Shown: positions 25,684 through 37,817 of the stretch, piece by piece
How the letters are laid out: each line of letters begins with the position of its first letter
How positions within the stretch are numbered: position 1 is the first letter of the stretch
Source: Chiloscyllium plagiosum
Lineage: Eukaryota
Assembly: GCF_004010195.1 (NCBI RefSeq)
Contig: NC_057713.1
Coordinates: 22,560,703-22,624,702, forward strand
DNA length: 64,000 nt
Direction: 5' to 3'
Notes under the pieces: model-generated
Databases searched by the model: none
Told to the model about the DNA's origin: nothing
Seen by the model: the letters and a program-made list of their open reading frames with translations, nothing else
Made by a program: the position numbers and the translations under genes

Positions 25684-25695
25684 ACCATTAAAGTG

Positions 25696-25905
25696 GGGGT
25701 TGGTTAGTTCAGTTGGCTGGTTGGTTGGTTTACAATGCAGAGTGATGCCACCAGCACAAGTTCAAATCTTATACAAGCTGAGGTCACCATGAAGGTTCTG
25801 CCTTCTCAGTTTTGTTCCTTGTTTAAGATGTGGTAAGCCCCCAGGTTGAACTCAGCACCAGTCGTCTGTCTCTCTAATGAGAAGCAGAACAGTAGTGACT
25901 TTCTG
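25696..25905 (+). mobile_element. tRNA-derived SINE (family C)
   Basis: A-box-like tggttagttcagttgg, B-box-like agttcaaatct, body gctgaggtcaccatgaagg...caccagtcgtctgtctctctaatgaga. Confidence 0.6.
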
Positions 25906-27419
25906 TGCTCATCATTGTGTATCCACAAGTCTTCACCATCTAATTTTTCCTCCTCCTCTGGTTAAAAAATGTGGTATCCAATAGACACATTACTCCTGAG
26001 ATTCACATATCCAATTTGCTTTTGTACCTCCTTCAAAATTTGCTACCTGTTTTATTAAAATATTTATTTCCCCTCTCTCCACTAGTTATTAAAATGAACA
26101 GGCTGTGGAAGATTATCCTTTACAACTAGGAATATTGCTGAAATTGATTCCAGGCTTATAGTATGTGTGGGTCTCCACTGCTTGCTGGCAGTAAAAGTCT
26201 CCTGTTGAATTAATTTAACCAATTAAAGTTCAGTTGATTCCAGATGTGCATTTGCAGGAGAAATCTAAATTGGCAGTCTCACTCAAAGGTTCAAGGATGG
26301 TTCTGAAATAAGACATTTTGTAAATAAAATGACAGTGAGGCTAAAGGTCGTGTCAGCTTCATTCTACATCTTGCCAATGTTGTGTCTAATCTGAATCAAT
26401 TTAATAATGAAGTTGGATGTCTAATGTGGAAAGATGTTTCATTATTTTATGGCTAGCACAAATAAATCTCATAGAGATTGGACATAGAGAAATAAATGAC
26501 AAACAGAGTGAACAGACTAAACTAAACTTTGAGAGCAAATTTTATTGAGCGAAGTCTTTCTAAAACACAAGTAGAATTTTGATCCTATCTTTTTAGATTT
26601 GGGACAGGAGCTCTCTGGATTGCTCACTTCTGGTACAATGTTGTGAGGAAAATGACTCAGGAAATTTGTTATGTGCAAAGTTGTCCAAACATTTCGTAGT
26701 TTTGAATTAATTTACATAGGTAGATTTCTTCCTAAATTTTAGCCACGTTGATTAATATCTATGTCTTGGTGTCATCAGTTGCAATTTTTAGAACAGCAAA
26801 ATGTTTCAATAGACTTAGTGACTTTCAGGGTCCAAAGAATCTCATTATGGGGTTCAAACAGCAAATGCTTCGTATATTGGTAGCGACCTGTACAACAAAG
26901 CAAAATCTGCTACTAATATTAATATTTTAAAGATAAACTTGGTCTTGCAAATAATTTGTCATTTGCAAGTGAAATCAGCACCAGGAGAGATAAAATGATT
27001 TGTGATCACTCACTTGATCAGTGGTATGACTTAAAGCTGGAATTTTCCATTTTTAGGGAGGGCTGTCCATAAATTAGCACCTGGGTGGCTGAATATACAG
27101 CCAATGAGAGTATCATGGAATGATTTAGGCAGAGGTGTCGAAGTATGCAGTCAGATGTGGTCAGTTTTGCAAAGGTGCCTTTATTATGGAGAGTGTCAAG
27201 GGATGAATCAAATTTGGAAATAACTTTGTTCAGCTTGAGACGATGGCTGGGGTAGGAGAACATGGTTGTGTGGTTTAGGTGGGTTGTAGGGGGTTAGCAA
27301 AGACACTTAATTTGCTCTTCCCACCATTTTAATTGGAGTAAATACAACTCCTCTGGCTGGATGCCAGGAAAGCATTCTCATATTCATTAAGAATAATTTT
27401 GGGAATCTCGCCCAATCGA

Positions 27420-28040
27420 AGTTCTCGGTTCTGCAGTCCTGTTACATCAAGTTTTGAATGATGGTAGCCAATTAAACACAGAGTTTATATTCCACAGGCT
27501 TTAGGTATACTCCACGAAAATCCATATCAAAGATGGAGGGGCCAGAAAATTAGTGCAAAAAACAAAGCTGAAGTATTGTCAGCGGTCTTCAGATTGAAGT
27601 GCCAAATAGATGTTCAATCTCCATCTTCTCCCCTTAGTGTTACAGATGCCTGGCTTCAACCAATTCAATTCATTCCAATTAATGTCAAGAAATCTCAGAA
27701 GCACTGGCTACCCCAAAGCCTAATGAGCCTGACAATATTCCATCAATAACGCCGAAGAGTTGCGCTCCAGAACTAGCTGAGGGTCAAGCACAGTTACAGC
27801 ACTGGGATCTGTCCAGCGATATATCCAATTGCCCAGATATGTCATGTCCACCAACAGCAGGACCAATTGAATGTGGAAATTTGTCACACCATCCATGTAC
27901 TCTCAATCATCAGCAGTGGTGGAAGGTGGCATTGACAGTGCCATCAAGCTCCTGATCTCATTGCAGCCTTATTCCAAAAATTGACAAAAGAGGTTAAATG
28001 TGTGTGACTGCACTTGATATCAACACAGAATTTCACCACT
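27420..28040 (+). mobile_element. Second-lineage LINE ORF2 remnant
   Basis: agtgcaaaaaacaaagctgaag (SAKNKAE), cctgacaatattcca, tgcgctccagaactagct (CAPELA), ctctcaatcatcagc, gcacttgatatc. Confidence 0.65.
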
Positions 28041-28044
28041 GGTC

Positions 28045-28880
28045 ACAGATCTCTAGTCAGAAAGAAACATCCTTCCAGTGTTACTGTCTGTCTTTTATGA
28101 CTAAACTGTATCCATCTTGTCACGTCATATAACTTCACCTTTTACATCAGCTTGCCATGAGGGACTTTGTCAAAGGTCTTGCTATAGTGCATGTTGACAA
28201 CACCTACCAACTTGCCCTCTTCAGTCATCTCTGTCACTTCTTCAAAAAAACTCAATCAGGTTTTTGAGACCGTCCCTACACAAAGCCATTCTGTCCACTG
28301 CTAATATGGTCATATTTTTCCAAATGTCAGTCAATCCTATCCCGAAGAAACTTCTCCAATAACCTCCCTACCACTGACATAAGGCTCACTGGCCTGTAAT
28401 TTTCTAGATGATCCCTTTTGCCCTTTTTAAACAAAGGAACAACATTGGCTATTCTCCAGTTCTCTCGGGCTCCTCCTGTGAATAAACAGGACACAAAGAT
28501 TTCATACAAGGCACCAGCAATTTCCTCCTCTTTCTCCCTTAGCGTTCTGGATGGATTCCTTCAGGCCCTGGAGGCTTATCTATCTTAATACTTTTCAAAG
28601 CACCTAACACTGTCTCCTGTTTTCTATTGATATGCCATAGAAGATCAATACACCCCCTCCAAGACTCACCATCCACCATGTCCTTCTTCTTTGTGAATAC
28701 TGATGCAGAGTTTTGCTAAGAACATCATCCACTTCCTCTAGCTCTATGCATAAATTTCCTCATTTTTCCTTGAATGAACCAACCCTTTCCCTCATTACCA
28801 TTTATTCCTTATATATGTGTAAAATGCCCTCTTCAGTCCTTTTAATCCTGTTTGACAAAAACACTTCATGCCCCTAATTA
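28045..28880 (-). mobile_element. CR1 ORF2 internal fragment
   Basis: ORF 28327-28509(-) WRIANVVPLFKKGKRD..NYRPVSL.SVVG.LLE is the CR1 RT N-terminal motif. Confidence 0.88.
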
Positions 28881-31800
28881 CAAAATGTCTCTAAAATGGT
28901 AATTGTATAACTTGATGGACTGATGCCTGGTTGATGGAGACAAGGCAGAGATAGCTCAACAAGTGAAGTCATGGGTAGTCAATGAGGATGGGGATTGGGA
29001 GATTCCAACTCAGATTGGTATTGATTTTAATGCACAAAGGTCAAGTTTACATTGATCCAGGCAGGAGATGTGGGAGTAAGATTATCAGTATCAAGTATTA
29101 GACCAGAAAGGCAGAAAATTGGTTTGGAAATAGAAAATAACACTGGCTGTAGAAAGGCTGATAATCTGCTGAATGAGTATGTGCCCTTGAGCTCTTAAAT
29201 TAGAACAATGGTTTCAGTTACAGGTTTTGCAGAAGAGGAGGCAGTGTATCGACAGAATTATATTATGGGAAGTGGTGTGAGTTACAAAGTGGTGTTGGCT
29301 ATGATTGATCTATAATTCAATGTCATAAGCAAGTTCCAGTACAACAAATCCTTTTTTGCCTTTAAATAAGCATGTCAATATATGTTGGCATAGTTTTTAT
29401 CTATGTATCATCTGGACCTCTGACCAACTGTAAGATAGGACCTTGTGCCTTTCTCGTCTGTGTATTTAAAACATGTTGTGAATATGTAAATTTGAATGTT
29501 GAATAATAAAATACAAGTTCTTAATAAAGTACTTGTAAAATATTCCTGTTATTTTAATAAAAGATAAGAATTTTGCTTCTGTCAAGGCGAAAGTACAAAA
29601 CGTTACCACTTCAACACATTTATATCTTTGTGCATCAATGAATACTAAACTGCTCATTGATTGAAAACCTGATCCCTATTTATAAAAGCTGAGTGTCAAT
29701 TACCCTGTTCCAAAGATTAGAAATCCTTGACTCTTAGTGTTTGCTTTCTAAATCAGTAGTAGTTGATATTTATTCTGTATAATCAACAAATCAATCATTT
29801 ATTTGGAAGTCATATCCATCCTGATTGAAACCAATATAGAGTTGGATTGATAAGTATATTTATTTTAAACTGAACTTCACTCAAAGTGAATAGGTCACTT
29901 GCAGTCTGTATTTTGCTTTTTGTGTGTTGATTAAGATTCTACAATTTGTAAGTCATTACTTTTGATGCTTGTGTGATTCAGAACCTTGGAGAGAGACATA
30001 AAGAAAAGAAAGCAAATCACACTTCAGAACTATCTCTGGTCAAATCCCACTTATGCTGACAAACTTTGAAAGATTCTCCTTTAATGCCAATTTCTAGCTC
30101 TTCATCTTTTTTATTTAGGTCTTCTTGTCAAGTGTATGTTGTCTCACAGTGAACAAATATCTATCTAACTTTCAGTGGATCAACTGTTGTCAGTAAACCT
30201 CTTGTGTAGAATTACCACTTCAATATTTGATAAACTGACTCCCGTATCTGTTCCTCCACAAGTACTAGTATAATGTAACTGAAGTAATTTTAATAACCTT
30301 GTTTTGTATTTCCTTGGCTTCCCAGTCTAAAGGACAATATTCTTCATTTTCAGTCACCAAACATGTGAAGGACGATTGGCATGAGATGCATCACAAAAAT
30401 AATAATTTTGCACAATTTTGTAATTTAGATTTGAAACTTGTTTTTTTTTTATATTTAACTTTTCCAATATTTTATTTGTCCTGAAAATTCTAAATTTTAA
30501 GACACTTCAATGTGGCTCTTAGTTTCAGTTTCCCTGGTTGAAATGATGACCAATTTAACTGAATAATCAAACTTCACAACTGTTCTCTTTCTCCTGTTAT
30601 TGTGATATCATCTTTCCATAATGACCTTTACTGATTAACTAAGAGTAATATTTGGTAAATAGGATTACCATATCAAAGATTCTAGTTCTCTTCTGCTTAC
30701 TGTAAACCAATGTCTTTAAACGTTTAAAAGTATGACTTTGAATTTTAAATTCCATTTTAATCTTGCTAATAATACATTTCTTAATTTACACAATGTGATC
30801 CCATAGAAAGTCATAGGCATTCTATGAAGATGCCTGAAAACTTCCCCTTTTGATACCAAAACATTGTGGGTTATGTCTTAGTTGAATGCAGCCTATTCTC
30901 AGATCTTAAGCCAAAAAAAATTTACATTTTTCAAGGTATGATTCAAGTCAAAACAGATTTTGTTTAGTTTCCATGGTTTCCTTTCTGTATGTCTTGTCTC
31001 CCAAGGCAGTTTCTGAAACACTTCTGTGATAGGAAAATAGCTTTTATGTCAGTTGGCCTACACTGTCATCAAAGTATAGCCAAAAGCGCTGAAAAGGTTT
31101 ATTTTTCTCATTGTGGGAGAGTCCACTTTAACATCTGCATTATCCTGTCTCCTCATTTAGACTTCTGAATTCCACCTACAAGGATATGTTTTGTAGAAAT
31201 CCATCTCAGCAACAAGGCTAGCTATCTTTGAAATGTTAGTTCCAATTTCTATTTTTTTCTTTACCTCCCTTGCATAGTTTATCCTTTAGTTTATTGTCAC
31301 CACCAAAATGTCACAGTCCTGAGGATTTCTATTTCTTGTTCTATTTCTAGACAGTTCTGTGGCCCTTGCTTGATTGCATAATTCATTTGAACTGAAGCTT
31401 CTACTTGCACTTTGATGTCTCTTGGGTTTACAATCTATAATGGTCCAAGAGATCAATTGATTAGCACCATACCCTCCAAATGTTTGGACCAAATTCTTTG
31501 CACCATGCTAGTGTGGCTATCCTCTTACAGTTTGGTCAATTTGCTCAGATTTTATGCAGCATTTCATGAGTCATTGCTTGAGTTGTTTCATAGAGTCAAT
31601 TACTGCAGCTGTTTTGTATCTAATAATCACTCGTTTTAGTGACCTTAATGTGTATTCACCAAACTAGAAACCAGTTGAACTTTTGTATTCCTTGATCTTA
31701 GTTTCATCTTCATATAGGAATGAATCTAGATAACATCTTAACCAATATATACTGCACACAGTCAAATTGCAGCTCCTATCTAACACTGCAAAGTTATCTT

Positions 31801-33060
31801 AACCCATGACTAACACAATAGTTACTGGACTGAAGCTTTTTGTGATAAATACACAGTTCCTTAAGATTAACTATTATCTTGACTGGCTTTCAAATTTTCT
31901 CTGGCATGTGTGACTTCACCAACCCTGCTCTGTTTTGGGTAGCTCTTTGCACAAAGATATTCTGACTCACATCTGTTAGCTTCTGAAAGCCGAACTGAGA
32001 TTCATTTGTTGTTGTTGCTCCACTTCTGTCATCCGCAGTGGCACACCAATAATATTTTATCCTTCTCATTCCTTTTTGTAGCTTTTTTTTTGTAGTGGTG
32101 CTTGCACCCAGCTTCTGGAGAATCTAGAAATGCCTCAATCATAGAATCCCCATCCTTTGTTCCATTTGTGCTATCAAAACTGGCATAAATTACTGCTTCC
32201 TTTGGAATTTATCCAAGGCAGTAGACATCTGCTCTAAAAGTGTGTCTTTTTCTGAGAACTGAACCCCAGAAGATGAAGGACCTCTCCATAATGCAACACC
32301 TTAGCAAAATTGAGTAATCTAAATGCGAACACTGCACAGAGAATCTCTGAATTGAATTTATACAATCCTTTACATACTACATGAAAATTTATGATATATT
32401 CCTCCATAGACTATCAACTTAATTCTGATGTCTATTAACATCTGATCATATTTCATGAACATCCAGTAAATCATTTCGCTGGTACATTTTATTCAGAATA
32501 TCCAGTAAAATAGGCATATCTACTCACTACTCAACTGATGGGCTTTGAGTTCACAAGATACTTGGCTTCTGATTTTACTTTGTTAGGAAGCGACAATAGC
32601 ATTACTTCTTTTGGTAAGGTGGTTGTTCAACTGGGATCATTTTCAGATTCAAAAAGCATTTGTGGGGAGATTGTACCCTGACAATCTATATTTGTGTTCA
32701 GCCATTCTTCTTTAAAGATAGCCTGATTGAATTCTGTTTTAGAAAAATAAATCTTTATTTCCACCCTTTAGAACATTAAATTCATTAGAGCCAATTGGTG
32801 AAACTGGAATTTAGAAGTCAACTTTTACTTCATTTAACATTAACATTTTAAGTGAGACATTCCAAAAATATAGCTCCCAACTCTACAACTTCCTATCAGG
32901 GTCAATAATTGTTTTCGTCTGTGTAAGCACATAATTATTTAATGAGTGACTTGTTCCTCTCCCCCTCATTCATTGACACTCAACTGTAATGTATGCAATT
33001 AACAAAGTAATGTTTTACTTTTGTAATTTTTGTAATTTTTATCTGTCATGTACATTGCAG

Positions 33061-33163
33061 GTACATTCGGTCAGAACGGTCGGTAATTTTAATAAACTTC
33101 TGCCTGTCAATCATTTCATCAAATGCTCTTATCCTGATAGGACAAACTCAGACAAGAAATAAA
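33061..33163 (+). CDS. ADGRB1: ADGRB1 coding exon: ICL1-TM2, (R)[34 protein letters not shown]
   Basis: ttgcag acceptor, AAA|gtaagt donor; 103 nt, phase 2 to 0. Peptide matches recalled BAI1 (ends QTQTRNK). Confidence 0.97.
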
Positions 33164-33339
33164 GTAAGTGTTTTTTTTACTATATAGACTACATGGTATT
33201 TAGCAGATCTATATTTAGATGTTTTAACCTTTATTTGTTTTTTCTAAAGAGATTCAAGACAAGGTGACAGCAGTTTGGAAACTGAAATCTAAATGCATAA
33301 TTGTCATTATGTCCTCTTAATTATGACTAAGAGCCTTGG

Positions 33340-33685
33340 GTAATTAGGTTAGAGGTTCAATTCTCATTGAAGAGACTTCAACACAATCTGGACTAACATT
33401 TCAATGGCGTACTAAGCACTGTGTTGTTAGTATGATATGTTTTGGATGAGTTGCTAAACCGAGGCTTTGTCTTCCTACTCAGGAGATACTATTTGAAGGA
33501 GAGCAGGTGTTTTGCAATATTTATCCATCAAACAACAGCTAAAGATGTTGTCATTTCTTCAGTTACTGTTAAGAAAGTTGGCTTCCACATTTCCTGTATT
33601 CTAGTAGTGAGCACACTGGTTGTGAAGCATTTTTATATTTTCCCTGGGTCATGAAAGCCCTTATAAAAATGCAAGTCCTTTTTTT
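33340..33685 (+). mobile_element. SacSINE1-like DeuSINE
   Basis: ggttcaattctc B-box-like, tttggatgag..taaaccgagg, actatttgaaggagagcagg, caatatttatcc, aaatgcaagtc tail. Confidence 0.65.
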
Positions 33686-34243
33686 AGCTTGCCTTTGAAA
33701 AAAGGGTTAGCATTCTGAAAACCCCTTTGTATTCAAGGGCCCGATAATTCAAGGATAGCTGAAGACAAGAGACATGTTGTTGAGCTTTTTTCATTTTGCA
33801 TTGTTCAGGACAGATGCAAGATGCAGTTCTGGTCCCGTTCCTTCCAGAAGGATTTTGTCAAACTTGAAAGGGTTCAGAAAAGATTTACAAGGATGTTGCC
33901 AGGGTTGGAGGATTTGAGCTATAGAGAGATGCTGAATAGCCTGGGCCTGTTTTCCATGGAGCATCGGAGGCTGAGGGATGATCTTATACAGGTTTATAAA
34001 ATTATGAAGGGGCATAGATAGGATAAATAGACAAAGTCTTTTCCCTGGGTTGGGTGAGTCCAGAACTAGGGGACATAGGTTTAGAGTGAGAGGGCAAAGA
34101 TATAAAAGGAACATAAGGGGCAACTTTTTCACGCGGAGAATTATACGTGTATGGAATGAGTAAGTGATGGAGGCGAGTACAATTGCAGCATTTAAAAGGC
34201 ATCTGGATGGGTATTTGAATAGGGAGAGTTTAGAGGGATATGG

Positions 34244-34579
34244 GATGGAAATGTGTTGCTGGAAAAGCGCAGCAGGTCAGGCAGCATCTAGGGAACAGGA
34301 GAATCGACGTTTCGGGCATTAGCCCTTCTTCAGGAATGAGGACAGTTTGTCCAGCAGGCTAAGATAAAAGATAGGGAGGAGGGACTTGGGGGAGGGGCGT
34401 CAGTCCCTCCTCCCTATCTTTTATCTTAGCCTGCTGGACAAACTGTCCTCATTCCTGAAGAAGGGCTAGTGCCCGAAACGTCGATTCTCCTGTTCCCTAG
34501 ATGCTGCCTGACCTGCTGCGCTTTTCCAGCAACACATTTCCATCTCTGATCTCCAGCATCTGCAGACCTCACTTTCTCC
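34244..34579 (+). mobile_element. Penelope-like fold-back element (family 1): 143-bp inverted arms, 15-bp TSD
   Basis: Arms 34244-34386 and 34402-34544 are complementary at 142/143 positions; TSD TTAGAG(G/A)GATATGGG at 34230-34244 and 34580-34594. Confidence 0.9.
34451..34486 (+). ncRNA. Minimal type I hammerhead ribozyme motif with intact core (mirror copy 34302-34337, minus strand)
   Basis: attc-CTGAAGA-a-GGGC-tagt-GCCC-GAAA-C-GTC-gatt: core CUGANGA and GAAA, 4-bp stem II, palindromic ACGU stem III, GUC site ending at 34482. Stem I is weak (U-U mismatch). Confidence 0.7.
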
Positions 34580-35782
34580 TTAGAGAGATATGGGCCAAAT
34601 GCTGGCAAATGGGACTAGATTAGGTTAGGATATCTGGTCAGCGTGATGGGTTGAACCGAAGGCTCTGTTTCCATGCTGTACTTCTTTTTGCGACTCTATG
34701 ACTCGCAAAACTCCAAATTTCAAAGGGAACAACAATTTATACTCCATTAAAAAAATAGAAATGCTTAATGGTTGAAAAGTCAACTCTGATTTGTCCAGGC
34801 ATTGCCATGGCAAAGACTGCTCCCCAAGCCTCGCCCCAATGATTTTGTTTAGTACCCTGTCAGTTTTTTATATGATCTGTATGGCAAGACCTTGACTTAT
34901 CAGTGCACCACTATTTTGTCATCCAGTATAAATTGTTGACTCTTTTGAAATTTGGTACTCTTGCATTTTTCCTGATGAATCAAGTCAAAAACTTCAACAG
35001 TGCTGCTTTTTCTTTCATTAAACCTGAAAATGCTTTTTTGGCCCTCAAGCATTTTACATGCACTGAATTACTTCTGAATATTGCAATAACTGTTGACATT
35101 GACATTTGTTGAACACATTTAACTTTGTAGCAAGGCTTAACAGCAGTTGGATAAATCAACATCGGCTATCTTTATGTAGCTTGTGGGAAAAGCTCTTTTC
35201 TTCGGTTAGTGCCACTGAGTCTGTCAATTGTGCCTGAATTAGCTAAACATGGTTATGTTTGATGTCTGTCTCAAAGGACAGTGTATTTGACACCATGGCA
35301 ACGATGTATCAGCCATTTTAAGTGCTCTGCTCTTGAATTACCTTTCTCTTGGTCCAGGTTAGCTGATCCACAGTAATGTCATTGGCTATCTTTATTATTT
35401 AATTTAAACTTGATGTTACAAATATGCATCAGATGTATGCTGTAAACGTTCAATACTGGCTAAATCCTGAATAGATAGTATCTCTACATTGATGTATTAG
35501 AAATAGAAATGTGGTATATATGTCCTTTATAGAATTGCCCATGACAAAATAGCGGTGAGCAGTATGATAAAATCCCAAACATACTAAATCAAAGAATAAT
35601 GAGAGCATCATCTTTTTGCTTCAATGATCAGTAACTGCAGAATTTTTCTTGCCTATGAAAATGGCACTTGTAAGATTTTTGGGTTAACATATTATACTCC
35701 TGAAACATAAATAAATTCTGATTATCATAACTTAAGTGAATTACAAAAAGTAACATCATTAAAAAAACCACTCCAATAGACC

Positions 35783-36010
35783 GTAAGAAATGGAAACAGG
35801 ACGAGCATGTTTGACCCCTTGAGCTTGCTCCACCATTCACAAGGATCATGGCTGACCTGATACTCCTCAATTCCACATTTCTGCCCTTTGCTTATAACCC
35901 TTGATTCACTTCCTGATCAAGACTATATTTACCTCAGCCTTAAATATACACAAGAAAGTTCCCCCACAGCTCTCTGTACCAGGCCATTCCAAAGACTCAT
36001 AATGTTCTCT
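35783..36010 (-). mobile_element. CR1 3' end fragment
   Basis: cccttgagcttgctccaccattcacaaggatcatggctga...cccttgattc...ccccacagctctctg. Confidence 0.75.
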
Positions 36011-36194
36011 TTCCACAGCGGCCTAATCTTAAATTGACCACTGCACGTTTTTGATGTAATGTGTAGGTAAAGAGTCCAGTTGTCACCTGATGTTTCAAAA
36101 GATCACCTGTTTCCATTCAGATGAGCATCATTAGCACTGTTTGGACTGCACCCAAAAATAGCTCAGGTTTCCAGCTCTTTAATTCCATGTATTC

Positions 36195-36521
36195 GTCGAA
36201 TCCAGCAAAAAGAGGCCAGTCAACCCATTTTGTTGTCACTGACCTTCTGAAGAGCATTCCAACCAGACCTACAACCTCCACTCTTTCCTTGCATTTCCCA
36301 TGGCTAATCCACCTAGCCTGCACATCCCTAGACACTTTAGGGTAATTTAGTATGGGCAATCCACTTTATCTGTACATCTTTGGTCTGTGGAAAGAAATCA
36401 GGGCACCCAGCGGAAACCTGCAGACACATGGAGAACATGCAAACTCAACGCAGTCACCTGAGGCTAGTACTGAACCTGCGTACTTGGCACTTTGAGGCAC
36501 CACTGCTAATCGCTGTGCCAC
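36195..36521 (-). mobile_element. HE1-type SINE, older, first nucleotides missing
   Basis: Reverse complement gtggcacagcgattagcagtggtgcctc...ggttcagtac...gagtttgcatgttctcc...tttagggatgtgcaggctaggtggattagccatggg-like core. Confidence 0.85.
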
Positions 36522-36529
36522 ACGAAGGG

Positions 36530-36602
36530 CATTGGATCAGGGACTTAAACCCTGACCCCTCAGATTAAAAGTCTGATGCTCTACCGACTGAGCCACCCCG
36601 GC
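36530..36602 (-). pseudogene. tRNA-Lys(UUU) pseudogene
   Basis: Reverse complement GCCGGGGTGGCTCAGTCGGTAGAGCATCAGACTTTTAATCTGAGGGGTCAGGGTTTAAGTCCCTGATCCAATG. D arm and TTT anticodon arm match vertebrate tRNA-Lys(UUU); the acceptor stem has 3 mismatches and the T-loop reads TTT instead of TTC. Confidence 0.88.
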
Positions 36603-36779
36603 TCCCAAGTCTTACCAGATGATTCCTTCATTCTCTGGTCAATGTTTATTATTTGATGTGATTTATATTTTCACCATGCTATTCTCCTTTACACTTCCTT
36701 CTTGGACTATGAGATTCATTAAAAGGCTAATATTTATAATTCAGCCCAGGTTGCCCATGAGCTGCCTATAACAATGATT

Positions 36780-37140
36780 TTTCTTTTATGGAATGGGAGC
36801 ATGGTTGGCAAGGTCAGCATTTGTACCTTACTAGGCCATGTAAGAGGACAGCTCCGAATAAATCAAATCTTGTGGATCAGGAGCCATGTGTCAGCCAGGT
36901 CGCGGAATGATGAAGGGACATCTTCCTGTTAGTGAGTTAGATGAGATTTTATGATATCCCAGTTGTTTCCTGGTCCATTTTAACAATGTTAGCATCTTAT
37001 CTCTAATTAATTGCCTTCTTTTCTTTGAAAAGTTAGTTAATTAAATTCTCCCAGCTGCAATTTTAAATTTTGCCTGTGGACCATCGCCAGATATCTGGAT
37101 TACTAGTCCAGTAATGTTTCTCTATGCTCCTGTCTCCCTC
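36780..37140 (-). mobile_element. tRNA-derived SINE family B, decayed
   Basis: ggcaaggtcagcattt tail; tctggattactagtccagtaat head; homologous to 56590-56930. Confidence 0.6.
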
Positions 37141-37817
37141 CTTAATGTCAGTTGTTCTATCTTTTATGTTTTAAATAGTCTCATGCTGATTTCTTTGATG
37201 CCTCTGAAGTCACCCTCCTCCTGCGAGGTGGTACTTTGATTAAAAATCTAAGATGATATTCTCTGAAGACCAGCCCTGGAGGTCGTTTTGTCGCCTTATT
37301 GAGTGCTTGCATTTGACAAGCTTTTATGAGTGGAATTGAAATTGCAATCCTCAAGAGTAACATTGAAATGGAAGTTGACTTGTCTGCAATATAGGGAGTT
37401 CCAGTCAGGCTTGGATGAGCTGACTCATAAGCAGGCCAATAGGGTAATGCTCAGATGACTTATTCATCATACATACCCAAACTGCACTCAAGAAATAACA
37501 CTGTACACCAAGGGATGTGCAGCAAGGAATGGAAATGTGTAATTTTATCTCCTTCTTCTGCTCTCAGGAATTAAGGATTGGAGCTTCAAAAGGTCAATTG
37601 CATACCCTTCATTTTCAAATATCAACTCACTGCTGTGCCTTTCCAGTGAATTGTCTTCAAACTTGTTTAAAGAATCCCATTCAACTTAATAGCTGACTTC
37701 ACTGTTGAAGATTCCAATTTCCCATACCACATTTCAATTTGCTTTCATTTAAAATGCTTTCATGGGATCTGAGCATCATTGACAAGGTCAGCATTTGTTC
37801 CCCATTCCCATTAGCTT

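Larger units (their letters stand above)
33822..34704 (+). mobile_element. Young CR1 (HER1-like) 3' fragment interrupted by a Penelope-like hairpin
   Basis: ORF 33821-34021 QFWS..KLERVQKRFTRMLPGLEDLSYRE; tail gactctatgactc; same family as 16177-17526 in the opposite orientation. Confidence 0.95.

Noticed and set aside
34244-34544. Long hairpins (also 25465, 41275, 63573) as pre-miRNA genes or DNA-transposon MITEs
   Set aside because: One-sided 3' tail, variable fold-back point, 12-15 bp TSDs and a hammerhead motif shared with a GIY-YIG-linked pLTR all indicate Penelope-type retroelements.
36530-36602. Functional tRNA-Lys gene
   Set aside because: Three acceptor-stem mismatches, TTC-to-TTT change in the T-loop/B-box and no oligo-T terminator directly downstream.
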